Below are positions 9,597 through 18,966 of a DNA stretch of 64,000 nucleotides, piece by piece. The stretch is from an uncultured delta proteobacterium (GTDB lineage Bacteria; Desulfobacterota; Desulfomonilia; UBA1062), in the NCBI GenBank assembly GCA_963798485.1, contig CAWCTR010000010.1:1-64000 (forward strand), in the 5' to 3' direction. The notes beneath the pieces are model-generated. The model made no database searches. It was not told the origin of the DNA and saw only the letters and a program-made list of their open reading frames with translations. Position 1 is the first letter of the stretch. Every line of letters starts with the position of its first letter. The translations under genes were made by a program, and so were the position numbers.

Positions 9597-10292
9597 ATGC
9601 CGAGGAGAGGACGGGTTGTACTAGCCGGGTATCCTCATCATGTAATACAGAGAGGTCACAACAGGTCAGTCGTGTTCATCAGTGATGAGGACTATCTTTA
9701 TTATCTTGCCAACCTCAAGGAATGGAAAGAGAAGCTTGGCTGCAAGGTCTATGCATACTGCCTGATGGGTAACCATGTTCATTTGGTTATAGATCCGTGC
9801 GCACAGGCCAGCGGCCTATCGTTATTGATGAAGCGCTTGGCCGGCCGGCAGACGCGGTATGTGAATGTTCTTGAGAAGAGGTGTGGGACACTATGGGAGG
9901 GGAGGTATAAGTCAAGCCCCATTGGGGATGAAGATCATCTGCTGGCGTGTTGCCGTTATGTAGAGCTCAATCCGGTGCGGGCAGGGGTCGTAAAGAAGCC
10001 GGAGGACTACCGTTGGTCAAGTTACCGGCATAAGGCTGGATTCGGTGCGGGGAATATAATTGACTTTCATCCTGGATACCTATCGATGGGGGAGAAATCA
10101 CAGGAAAGACAGAAGAGCTATCGGAGATGGATTTGTGAGACGGTTCCTGTCTGGGAATGGAAGTTGATCAGAGAGGCAGTGCAGAGAGGGCAATTGACTG
10201 GTCCGAAAAAATTCGCAGACGAGGTGGAATCCCGTCTGAAGATCAGGGTGGAATTGCGTGGCAGAGGACGACCCAGAAAGGACAAAAAATAA
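9597..10292 (+). mobile_element. REP-associated tyrosine (Y1 HUH) transposase, RAYT/TIR-flanked type
   Basis: HHVIQRGHNR, AYCLMGNHVHL (HUH), LWEGRYKS, YVELNPVRAG (catalytic Tyr), YRWSSY; stop codon lies inside the right inverted repeat. Confidence 0.92.
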
Positions 10293-10346
10293 ATCTGTCT
10301 CCTTTTTCTTAATTAATTTGAAAAATAGGTATGGTGTCCCCAGATT
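10284..10346 (-). repeat. Right arms: type A (10284-10307) then type B (10323-10346), both inverted
   Basis: AAAAAATAAATCTGTCTCCTTTTT and AAATAGGTATGGTGTCCCCAGATT. Confidence 0.88.
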
Positions 10347-10584
10347 GGAAAAGGGGAAAGACATCTTTCTACAGTATGTATGCAGTTTTTCCGATTTATC
10401 AGGTATCATGGGGCGCAGTAATATGACTCGACTCCAGTTCTATGCATTACCTGAAAGCGTCTGCACGCAGTTCGCTTTCAAGTTGACGGTGCTCAACACA
10501 GGCTTGAATCTGGCCATGAATGGCCAGATCGTCTGGAATTATACGTAAATGAAAAAGCTGATGCTTAAAAGAAAGGGGAACCCG

Positions 10585-11727
10585 ATGGGGGATAAGACCA
10601 TAAGAAAATGTTCCTCCTGCGGAAAAGTGCTGGAGCCTGATGATGACATCTGCGCGAAGTGTGGAGCCCTCTTTGAGGAAAACGGAGAGAGCAGCGAGGG
10701 GGAGGGCTCTATCGGAGCGCAACTCCTGTCGTTGGCCAATGACTTCCTCTGTGTGAGCAAAATAGGCCCGCAGTGGTTTGAACTGACATCCCGGCCAGGA
10801 GCACAAGTTCCAGGCCAGAAGGTCACGATAAAATACCAGGCCGTGGCGCAGCTGGTGCCGGAAAAATACCAGGTCTTATTCTGGGAAAAGATGATGGAAA
10901 CTCTGGTGGGTATAGACGCTGTCTCTTCTCAAGCAAGCTCCATCCAGAAATCTATTGATGTCAACCAGAAGTTCCACGGGCACCTCGTGTTCGGCGGCCC
11001 TTACGGGTTTCGCTACGACAGACTGCACCGGGTAGTGAAGGCCATTGCGAACGAGCAGGGTTGGCAATTCGAACTGTCCATGTCCAAACCTGTCATGGAC
11101 GTCACCCCCCCCATGGAAACGGTGCTTCCCTCCCATACCTCAAGGAAGAGCAGATGGATTCCCGCGATTCTGGCGGGGGCAGTCATCCTCGTGGTTGTTG
11201 CAGCGCTGGTTGGAATACTGTCAAAGGGGGTGAAGGAAACACCTATTGCTGAAAAACCCAAGACCGTTGCCGTACCGCATGCAGCGCTGGTGGCTCAAAA
11301 AGCAGGCGGCGCAGCACAGAAGCCGTCGGTTCCCGCGACATCAGCGGCAATCGATTATAATGCCGAAGGCATGAGAAAAGCCAAGGCCGGGAACATGGAA
11401 GAAGCAGCCGGGTTATTTGAAAAGGCCGTACAAGCCCGTCCGGATAATTTCAATGCCTGGAATAACCTGGGATTGGCCCTGCGCAAGATCGGTAAGAATA
11501 AGGAAGCCGTCAAGGCCTACCAACGCGCCATTACCATAAATCCCGACTTCGCCCTGGTGTACAAGAATCTCGGCATCGTATTCGAGCAAATGGGCAAGAA
11601 GAAAGAGGCTGCCCACGCCTATCTGAAATACGCTGAACTGAATCAATCCGCTGCAGATGCGCGCACCGCCAGAGAAAAAGCCGCGACGCTGATGGGCGCA
11701 GCACAGGGAAAGGAGACAAGACCATGA
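10585..11727 (+). CDS. Zinc-ribbon + transmembrane + TPR protein
   Basis: CSSC..CAKC; TM WIPAILAGAVILVVVAALVGIL; TPRs AWNNLGLAL and VYKNLGIVF; start may instead be 10549. Confidence 0.75.
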   Translation: MGDKTIRKCSSCGKVLEPDDDICAKCGALFEENGESSEGEGSIGAQLLSLANDFLCVSKIGPQWFELTSRPGAQVPGQKVTIKYQAVAQLVPEKYQVLFWEKMMETLVGIDAVSSQASSIQKSIDVNQKFHGHLVFGGPYGFRYDRLHRVVKAIANEQGWQFELSMSKPVMDVTPPMETVLPSHTSRKSRWIPAILAGAVILVVVAALVGILSKGVKETPIAEKPKTVAVPHAALVAQKAGGAAQKPSVPATSAAIDYNAEGMRKAKAGNMEEAAGLFEKAVQARPDNFNAWNNLGLALRKIGKNKEAVKAYQRAITINPDFALVYKNLGIVFEQMGKKKEAAHAYLKYAELNQSAADARTAREKAATLMGAAQGKETRP

Positions 11728-12188
11728 GACACAATTTTTTCACACGTAACCTGATTTTGCTGCTTTGTTTCCTCTTGGCCTCTGGTTGTGCCGCAACAGA
11801 AACAACCACCAAACCCGCAACGACCGGCCCGGCTCCAACCGCCGCTGGTGGTGCCGGGACAGAAATAACCACCAAGCCTGCCCCGACGCCAAAACCAGTG
11901 ATTCTTTATGTTGTCTCTCATCGGCTTAACCTGCGGAAGTGCCCGTCTGTAAAATGCAAGGTTGCCGCAGTGCTGAAACTGGGCGATGAAGTCATCAAGC
12001 TGGGACAGGAAAAGGACTGGATTAATGTACGAGTAAAGGCCACTAACCGTGAAGGTTGGGTGGCCTCGACCCTGGTCGGGAAAACGGCCAACAAGAAGAA
12101 ACACTCTTCCAGGATCAAGGAACAAAAGCCTCCACGGGGAAAAGATAAGCAGGGATCATCCGAGTTACAAGAAGAGTTCGCCCCTTGA
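11724..12188 (+). CDS. SH3-domain lipoprotein
   Basis: Lipobox LASGC; YV..HRLNLR..P...WINVR..EGWVAS bacterial SH3; ATGA overlap with the upstream gene. Confidence 0.8.
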   Translation: MRHNFFTRNLILLLCFLLASGCAATETTTKPATTGPAPTAAGGAGTEITTKPAPTPKPVILYVVSHRLNLRKCPSVKCKVAAVLKLGDEVIKLGQEKDWINVRVKATNREGWVASTLVGKTANKKKHSSRIKEQKPPRGKDKQGSSELQEEFAP

Positions 12189-12191
12189 CCT

Positions 12192-12248
12192 AAATCCGGG
12201 GACACCATACTAATTAATTCTGGGAAATAGGTATGGTGTCCCCAGATT
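12192..12248. repeat. Empty type B inverted doublet (REPIN-like)
   Basis: AAATCCGGGGACACCATAC-TAATTAATTCTGGGAAATAG-GTATGGTGTCCCCAGATT, 3 bp after the SH3 stop. Confidence 0.9.
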
Positions 12249-12306
12249 AAGATTATTAAACCTTCAATGCAAAAACTCCGATTTTAAGGAAATACAGCCT
12301 CGAAAT

Positions 12307-13200
12307 ATGAAAGCTTTGAAAAAGGATGGGGTTATGAAAGACGAAAGCAGATCAGTGGGCCGGTTGCTGGATGTGCTCGCCGAAGCCAAGGATTTGGTAG
12401 CCGAGTTTGCGGACGAGGCATACAAGAACAAGGCGGCTGAAGAAGCTCTGCGGGAAAGCGAAGAGCGGTACCGGATCCATTTTTCCCTGACCAACGATGT
12501 CATGTTTTCCTTAGACCGGCAGCTCACGATCCTGAACGTTTCTTCGAACATCGAGCGGGTTCTCGGGTACAAGCCCGAGGAACTGATTGGTAAGACTATT
12601 GCAGAGGCGAACCTGCTGCATGCCGACGATATGCAGGATGCGGTGGATAAAGCCCAGCTCGTCCTTGCCGGAAAGGTATCCCTGTCATCAATTTTCCAGT
12701 TCGTGACCAAAAACGGCGATATCGTGATCGGCGAGGTAAGCAGCATCCCGTTCAGCCGCGACGGCCAGGTCGTCGAGGTGATCAATGTGGCCCGGGACAT
12801 AACCAAGCGGATCAACACGGAAAACTCCCTGCGCGAGAGCTCGGAGCGCTACCTGCACATCCTCGATTCCCTGCCCAGCGCAGTATGCATCCTGAAGGCC
12901 GAAGATACCAGGTTTACGTTCGCCAACCAGGCTTTCTGCGCCCTGAGCGGCCACGAGATCCGCGACATCATCGGGAAGACCCCGGTCGAGCTGAAGCTCC
13001 CGGTGGGGCTCGACGATTTCTTTTCCAATGGCAAACCCGATGCGGGTTCTTCCCAGGCCGATCTCAGGAAGCAGCGGCTGAAGAAGAAGGACGGCACCGT
13101 AGCCGATGTGATGGTCTCGTCAGGCCCCATGAAGTACGGGGGGGAAGACTGCCTGATCATGGTCATGATAAATGTCACCAATTATAAGCGAAGCTTGTAG
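12307..13200 (+). CDS. PAS-PAS domain protein with no output domain
   Basis: EEALRESEERYR, LGYKPEELIGK and ARDITKR PAS/PAC hallmarks; second PAS follows. Confidence 0.8.
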   Translation: MKALKKDGVMKDESRSVGRLLDVLAEAKDLVAEFADEAYKNKAAEEALRESEERYRIHFSLTNDVMFSLDRQLTILNVSSNIERVLGYKPEELIGKTIAEANLLHADDMQDAVDKAQLVLAGKVSLSSIFQFVTKNGDIVIGEVSSIPFSRDGQVVEVINVARDITKRINTENSLRESSERYLHILDSLPSAVCILKAEDTRFTFANQAFCALSGHEIRDIIGKTPVELKLPVGLDDFFSNGKPDAGSSQADLRKQRLKKKDGTVADVMVSSGPMKYGGEDCLIMVMINVTNYKRSL

Positions 13201-13216
13201 TGGATAACCCGCATGG

Positions 13217-13349
13217 AAATCTGGGGACACCATACTTAAAAAGGAAAATGGGAATAAAAAAGGGAATAAAAAAGGGGACAGATTTATTTTTTTGGGTCGG
13301 CCCTGGCCTCTGTATTCGAGCTTCTAAATAAATGGCAAGAGACCATTTT
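13217..13349 (+). repeat. Repeat cluster: type B (13217), GGGAATAAAAAA x2 + type A (13274), degenerate type C (13330)
   Basis: Read directly from sequence. Confidence 0.85.
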
Positions 13350-13406
13350 CACAACACTAACAAATCATCTCCGATCCCATTTAATCCTAAGACCTAGGGC
13401 CATGAA

Positions 13407-13592
13407 CTATGTCTTGTCGTCCATTACTGTGTGGATACCCACATAATAGGTGATGGTAGCGCCGATCACGCAGGCATAGAATCCGATCAACTGATCCATG
13501 GTCGGACACTCTCTGTAGACAAACATCAATGTTGAGATGAAAAACGTAGGGACAAGAAATCCTATCAGTGGGACATGATACTTGAGTTTCAT
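13407..13592 (-). CDS. Small two-TM membrane protein (61 aa)
   Basis: MKLKYHVPLIGFLVP...; AAGGGGG RBS; bracketed by type A repeat 13274 and a degenerate inverted copy at 13610-13629. Confidence 0.55.
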   Translation of the reverse strand: MKLKYHVPLIGFLVPTFFISTLMFVYRECPTMDQLIGFYACVIGATITYYVGIHTVMDDKT

Positions 13593-13689
13593 AGATACCC
13601 CCTTCAAATAAATAAATCTATCTCCATTTATTTCTTTTATGATATTCAATTCCCTGAATAATAAAATCAAAAAATGGTGGAGGTTTGTC

Positions 13690-14553
13690 ATGCATGAACG
13701 CAGGCCATTCCGTTCCTTTGTCAGCTATATAGACAAAAGCCGGGAATACTATGCCGCCCAAGGGTATGACCAGCCATATACATGGGCCTACCATAGCAGC
13801 GCCCCCTTCGCATCTCTGAAGAAACCTCTAGCGCAAACCCGAATCGGCTTGATCACAACGGCCTCGTTTATCGATCTCCTCGCGGATGACGAAGCCTTTA
13901 AGAAAGGAAGGGCCCCATATGCTGCACCTTCAGACCCTCCGCCTGAGCGCCTCTACACCGAGCATCTCTTTTGGGACAGGGACGCCACCCATACGGACGA
14001 TGTAGAGAGTTTTTTGCCGCTGAAGCGCCTCGCTGAATTTGCCGGAGAGGGGCGCATCGGTTCAGCTTCGACGCGCTTTTACGGCGTACCCACCGAATAC
14101 AGCCAAGGCCGGACGAGAACCAAGGATGCGCCGCAGGTCTTGGGATGGGTGCAGGAAGACAGTGTGGATGCCGTGCTCCTGTCGGCGCTTTGACCGGTGT
14201 GCCATCAGACCGTGAGTCTGGTTGCCCGTCATCTGGAAGAAAACGGCATACCTACCGTTATCATGGGTTCGGCCCGCGACATCGTTGAGGAATGCGGCGT
14301 GGCCCGTTTTCTGTTTACGGATTTTCCACTGGGAAACCCCTGCGGCAGACCCTGGGATGCCGACATGCAACGCGCGATGGCAGGTGCAGCCCTTGATCTC
14401 CTCGAACATGCCTGGACGCCGCGTACAACGGTCCAGACGCCTTTTCAGTGGCCGGACGAGGAGTGGCGGAGAAAATTCATGCTCGTCGATGAAAGCAACC
14501 GGGAGACCCTAGCCAAAGCGGGTGAGGAGCGGCGTCGCTTTCAAAAGAAATAG
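13690..14553 (+). CDS. GrdB/PrdB-family (glycine/betaine/proline reductase B-like) selenoprotein, Sec at UGA 14191-14193
   Basis: In-frame LLSAL-U-PVCHQTVSLVARHLEENGIPTV (UxxC) joins two ORFs; hairpin ATCAGAC-CGTGA-GTCTGGT at 14204-14222; GGAGG RBS. Confidence 0.88.
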
Positions 14554-14726
14554 GGGACAAAAAACAAATCTGTCCCATTTCCTTTATCCACTCCTTCAGG
14601 ATTTATTGAAGGTTTTTAATCCTTGGAGGGAAAAGGGGACGGTTCTATTTTTTTAAAAATAGACAGTGAGAATCCGGGGACACCATCCTCATTAATTCTG
14701 GGAAATAGGTATGGTGTCCCCAGGTT
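14551..14726. repeat. Repeat cluster: short type A doublet (14553-14580), type D (14631-14651), empty type B doublet (14671-14726)
   Basis: The GrdB-like stop TAG overlaps the GGGG; the B doublet is near-identical to 12192-12248. Confidence 0.85.
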
Positions 14727-14749
14727 ATTAATATTTCTACCTAAAGAGA

Positions 14750-15025
14750 TTACTTTGCCTTTTTCTTTGCAGCCTTTGCCGCTGCGGCCTTCTTCTTTAC
14801 AGCCTTTACCGCCACCTTCGGTTTCGCAGCCTTTGCCGCTGCGGCCTTCGGCTTTGCAGCCTTTGCCACCGCCTTAGGTTTCGTAGCCTTTGCTGCTGCT
14901 GCCTTTGGCTTTGCAGCCTTTACCGCCGCCTTAGGTTTCGCAGCTTTTGCTGCTGCTACCTTCGGCTTTGCAGCCTTTGGGGGTTTCTTTTTTACTTCCT
15001 TCTTAGCAACTGCCGTTTTTGCCAT
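14750..15025 (-). CDS. Histone H1-like Lys/Ala-rich protein
   Basis: (A)AKAAKPK repeats; AGGAG RBS. Confidence 0.75.
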   Translation of the reverse strand: MAKTAVAKKEVKKKPPKAAKPKVAAAKAAKPKAAVKAAKPKAAAAKATKPKAVAKAAKPKAAAAKAAKPKVAVKAVKKKAAAAKAAKKKAK

Positions 15026-15043
15026 AAAATCCTCCTCCCTTAG

Positions 15044-16102
15044 TTACTCTTTATCCTCTGCGTCTTCATTCTCTTCCAGAACAATGTCATCCACATCTAA
15101 AACAAATTCAGCATCAAGTTCATCGACAACCTCGTGCAGGTCTTCATTCTCACCCGGGGCAATATTGAGTGGTTCTGTTTTTGCCACGTAAGCTGAACGT
15201 TGTTTCCCCCTGCGCTTGCGAGCCGCTTTGATCACTCCATCAAGCTGATTAGCTCCACATGACGGGCAAAGAGGTTGCGGTTTACCTAAATCATAAAATT
15301 TGATGCTACAGTTATAGCACTTGTACCGTTTCCCAAGGTCTACAGAAGGAACCATAACCTTCTGAGTTTGAATCTTTTCAGTCACAATGACATCTTTTTT
15401 TTCAGACAGCTGACCCATCTCAGAAGAAATTACCTTTGTCTCGAATGTCTTCTCTTTCGCTGCCGGAGCAGCTTTTTTCTCGCCATGCTTTTCTGCTTTT
15501 CCGGCCGGCTTACTCTTGACGGGTTGTTTCTTCACAACAGCAGGGGGCACTGGGCCCTTGGACGGCTTAGCTTTGACTACCGGGGCTTCTTTTTTCTTGC
15601 TCAGCTGCACTGCTTTCCCTGCCGGCTTGCCCTTGGCAGGTTGTTTCTTCACTGCAGCAGGAAGCACAGGGCCCTTGGACGGCTTAGCTTTGACTACCGG
15701 GGCTTCTTTTTTCTTGCTCAGCTGCACTGCTTTTCCGGCCGGCTTGCCCTTAACGGGTTGTTTCTTCACTGCAGCAGGAAGCACAGGACCCTTGGACGGC
15801 TTCGCTTTGACTTTCGGGGCTTCTTTTTTCTTGCTCAGCTGCGCTGCTTTTCCGGCCGGCTTACCCTTGACGGGTTGTTTCTTCACTGCAGCAGTATGCA
15901 CAGGGTTCTTGGATGGCTTCCCTTTGATTATCGGAGCTTCTTTTTTCTTGTGCTGCAGTTCTGCTTTTCCAAAAACCTTTTTATTTTTAGGTTTCTTCTT
16001 CTCGGCTAATGAAACACCGCTTTTATGAGATTCCTTCTTAACTGCCGGCCCAGTCTTCTTTTTCTCAGGACGATTTTTATTGAGTTTGTTTAGTGATCGC
16101 AT
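15044..16102 (-). CDS. Lys-rich repeat protein with C-terminal FYDLN-type zinc ribbon and acidic tail
   Basis: 117-bp (39-aa) repeats at 15601/15718/15835; LGKRYKCYNCSIKFYDLGKPQPLCPSCG. Confidence 0.75.
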   Translation of the reverse strand: MRSLNKLNKNRPEKKKTGPAVKKESHKSGVSLAEKKKPKNKKVFGKAELQHKKKEAPIIKGKPSKNPVHTAAVKKQPVKGKPAGKAAQLSKKKEAPKVKAKPSKGPVLPAAVKKQPVKGKPAGKAVQLSKKKEAPVVKAKPSKGPVLPAAVKKQPAKGKPAGKAVQLSKKKEAPVVKAKPSKGPVPPAVVKKQPVKSKPAGKAEKHGEKKAAPAAKEKTFETKVISSEMGQLSEKKDVIVTEKIQTQKVMVPSVDLGKRYKCYNCSIKFYDLGKPQPLCPSCGANQLDGVIKAARKRRGKQRSAYVAKTEPLNIAPGENEDLHEVVDELDAEFVLDVDDIVLEENEDAEDKE

Positions 16103-16190
16103 CCTTTCTATCCTTCCTGCAATATTATATCGATTTAACGATCTAATTTCATTAACATAAAGTATACCAGGATAAATTTCCGTTCCCCAT

Positions 16191-16406
16191 CAAGGGAAAG
16201 GGAAGAAGGGGACAGATTTTTTTGGAGGAAAATCCGCAGTAAATCTGTATATCTGGGACCACCTTACTAATTTTGCTTTTTCGGTCTCCCTGCTTTATTG
16301 GGAGACAGTTTTCTTACGAAATCATTTTCCGGACCGACAACAGAAAAAGGGGGCAGTTCTATTTTTTAGGTTTAAAACCATGAAAAACAGGGTCAGAGAC
16401 CGTTTA
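16191..16406 (+). repeat. Cluster of partly degenerate type A (16208), B (16251), D (16344) and C (16385) repeats
   Basis: GGGGACAGATTTT; ATCTGGGACCACCTTACTAA; AAAAAGGGGGCAGTTCTATTT; AGGGTCAGAGACCGTTT. Confidence 0.7.
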
Positions 16407-16512
16407 TTCCAAAATCCATGATCTTGGCATATAATCATCAGATACTATTGTCATACAAAAATTATCTGTATATACCTAACGTAAACATCATTGCATCAGG
16501 AAGGGGTTAATC

Positions 16513-17703
16513 ATGAGAGATGTTGTTGTCATCGGAGCCGGGCTTCATCGCTACGGGATGTTTCCTGAGAAAACCACTGTTGATATGGGCACGGAGGCGA
16601 TTTCCCTGGCGCTCAACGATGCGGGCATGGCCTGGAAAGACATCGAGGCCGCTTACTGCGGCACGGTGCAGCCCGGTGCATCCGGGGGGCATGCCATCTG
16701 CAATAAAATGGGATTTACGGGCCTAGGCATTACTATTGTGGAAAATGCGTCCGCCAGTGGATCATCCGCATTCAGGGAGGCGTACCTGTCCGTCGCCTCC
16801 GGAGAGAACGATATCGTGCTTGCCTTCGGCATCGATAAACTCGGCTCGCAGCTCCAGGCGGTGCCGCCCGTATCCACACAGCCGCAGCCGAAGCCGGAAA
16901 ATGTGGTACCGCCCGAGTCCAAACAGTCTCAGCCGGAGCCGGGAAATGACGAAAGGGTAGATTCGAAGTTCAGAAAGATGCTGCCGGTCCAATACTTTGC
17001 CGGTCTCGCCCAACACTACATGAAAGAATACGGCGTCACGCGGGAACAGCTGGGCCAGGTTTCGGTCAAGAGCCATTTCAACGCCAGCCTGAATCCCTAT
17101 GCGCACTTTCAGAAGCCATGCACACTGGAGCAGGCCAATAATGCCCGCATGGTTGTAGATCCCCTGACGGTGCTGCACTGCTGCCCAATGGATGATGGGG
17201 CTGCAGCGGTCATAGTTTGCGCAAAGGAAACAGCAAAAAAATATACTGACAAACTGTGTCCGACTGTCGCCGCGTCTGTGAACAAAAGTACGCCGGAAGA
17301 TGGCGATTTCTTTATGACCCTGACCAGGTTGGCCTCCCAGGAAGCCTATAAAAAGGCCGGCATCGGTCCGGAAGACCTGGATCTCATCGAACTGCACGAC
17401 GCCTTCACGATCGAAGAGATAATCTATCTGGAAGCCCTTGGCTTATGTGAAATGGGGCAGGGAGGAAAGCTGGTTGAAGATGGCGTGACGGCCATGAGCG
17501 GAAAGCATCCCATCAATACGAGCGGCGGTCTGATTTCCATGGGGCATCCCGTCGGACCCACGGGTGTCGGCCAGGTGGCCGAGATCCTCTGGCAGATGCG
17601 GGGGGAGTGCGGCAAACGGCAGATCGTAAAGCCTGTCAATTATGCCTTGACCCAAATGGTCGGCGCGGGCGGTGTCTGTGTCATTCACCTGTTCAAAAAG
17701 TAA
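16513..17703 (+). CDS. SCP2/Ltp-type thiolase-family protein
   Basis: ENASASG, ELHDAF, NTSGGLISMGHPVGPTG. Confidence 0.88.
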   Translation: MRDVVVIGAGLHRYGMFPEKTTVDMGTEAISLALNDAGMAWKDIEAAYCGTVQPGASGGHAICNKMGFTGLGITIVENASASGSSAFREAYLSVASGENDIVLAFGIDKLGSQLQAVPPVSTQPQPKPENVVPPESKQSQPEPGNDERVDSKFRKMLPVQYFAGLAQHYMKEYGVTREQLGQVSVKSHFNASLNPYAHFQKPCTLEQANNARMVVDPLTVLHCCPMDDGAAAVIVCAKETAKKYTDKLCPTVAASVNKSTPEDGDFFMTLTRLASQEAYKKAGIGPEDLDLIELHDAFTIEEIIYLEALGLCEMGQGGKLVEDGVTAMSGKHPINTSGGLISMGHPVGPTGVGQVAEILWQMRGECGKRQIVKPVNYALTQMVGAGGVCVIHLFKK

Positions 17704-17727
17704 AAAGGTGCAGCAGGAATGGGGTGA

Positions 17728-18777
17728 TCATGCTTTCAGGCTGTTCAGCTTTGACAATACTGCCTCCGCCTCGACGACAATGCGGTTGATCAGTTCCTCG
17801 GTTGTGGGATTGTCCATAATGCCGCCGCAGCACTGGCCGGCAAAGAGGATGCCTCCCTCCACATCGCCTTCGTTGATGGCCTTGAGGTGCTTCATGTTCG
17901 CCACGGCCTGGCGGGCCAGCACCCAGAAGGGGTGTCCCTCTTCCGCCCTGAGCATTTCCAGGGTGATGGCAGCGAACCTCGGCCATGACAGGTTCATAAG
18001 CTTCTTCAGCAGGAGCGCTCCCTTGAAGGCCTCCACCACAGGGAAACCTTGTTTGGTCATGGCCAGGGCCTCCTCAGTCTTCAGCACGCGTCCTTCAAGC
18101 CCGTCGAAAACCGTGTCATAGAGGGTATCCTGCTCGGTCGCCTCGATGCACAGGCGCTTGAAGTTGTCATGAACCATGCTTTCCCTGACCACCATGAAAC
18201 GGCTTCCCATGGAGATGCCGTCCGCGCCCAGGGACAGAGCCGCAGCAAGGCCCCGGCCGTCGTAAAATCCTCCGGCTGCGATCAGCGGTACCTTGACCAT
18301 GCTCGCCACTATGGGGATGAGGACCATTGATGTGGCTGCAGCGCCATGGCCCGCTGCCTCGTGCCCGGTGACGACCAGGGCGTCGCACCCGGCCTGCACG
18401 GCCTTTGCAGCGTGCTTTGCGATGGCGATGGTGCCGATGACCTTGCCTCCGTAGGCGTGAACCGCATCGACAAACCATGGCTTGCCCAGGGAGTAGTTGA
18501 TAATGGGGACTTTCTCGTCGATGGCCGCCTCGAGATTCTCCCTGGCCCCCGGCCCGATGAGGATCTGGTTTATCCCGAAGGGTTTGTCCGTCATGTCCCT
18601 GATCTGGCGGATCAGTTCCCGCGCCTCTTTCGGGGTGCAGCGCGCAATGGCCAGAATGCCCAGACCGCCGGCATTGCATACCGCCGACACCAGTTTCGGT
18701 TCCGTTATCCAATTCATCCCGGCGAGCATAATCGGATGCTTAATCCCAAACATCTCTGTCATTCTTGTCTTAAACAT
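17728..18777 (-). CDS. Nitronate monooxygenase / FabK-like flavoprotein
   Basis: HPIMLAGM, GHEAAGH, IAAGGFYDGRG, MGSRF. Confidence 0.88.
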   Translation of the reverse strand: MFKTRMTEMFGIKHPIMLAGMNWITEPKLVSAVCNAGGLGILAIARCTPKEARELIRQIRDMTDKPFGINQILIGPGARENLEAAIDEKVPIINYSLGKPWFVDAVHAYGGKVIGTIAIAKHAAKAVQAGCDALVVTGHEAAGHGAAATSMVLIPIVASMVKVPLIAAGGFYDGRGLAAALSLGADGISMGSRFMVVRESMVHDNFKRLCIEATEQDTLYDTVFDGLEGRVLKTEEALAMTKQGFPVVEAFKGALLLKKLMNLSWPRFAAITLEMLRAEEGHPFWVLARQAVANMKHLKAINEGDVEGGILFAGQCCGGIMDNPTTEELINRIVVEAEAVLSKLNSLKA

Positions 18778-18909
18778 GATCTCGTCCTTTTAAATGCAGT
18801 GCGGCGAGCAGGCTTGGTAAGGTGAAGCCCCAGCCGTTTCAACCAGTTCATACGGTGAAATAGTACCTCTCCTTGTCTTTGGAGTCAGGGTCAGCGGCCA
18901 TTTTATTAC

Positions 18910-18930
18910 AAATAGAACCGTCCCCTTTTT
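18910..18930 (-). repeat. Type D repeat, inverted (AAATAGAACCGTCCCCTTTTT)
   Basis: Reverse complement of 14631 and 24552. Confidence 0.85.
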
Positions 18931-18966
18931 GTGTTATAAGCCGAAAAGCTGAAGCTTTATTGTTCG

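Noticed and set aside
10258-10548. ORF starting in the repeats (NKSVSFF..RYGVPR); likewise 14623-14877 and the ORFs at 75-408
   Set aside because: These are translations of repeat DNA or antisense to low-complexity genes
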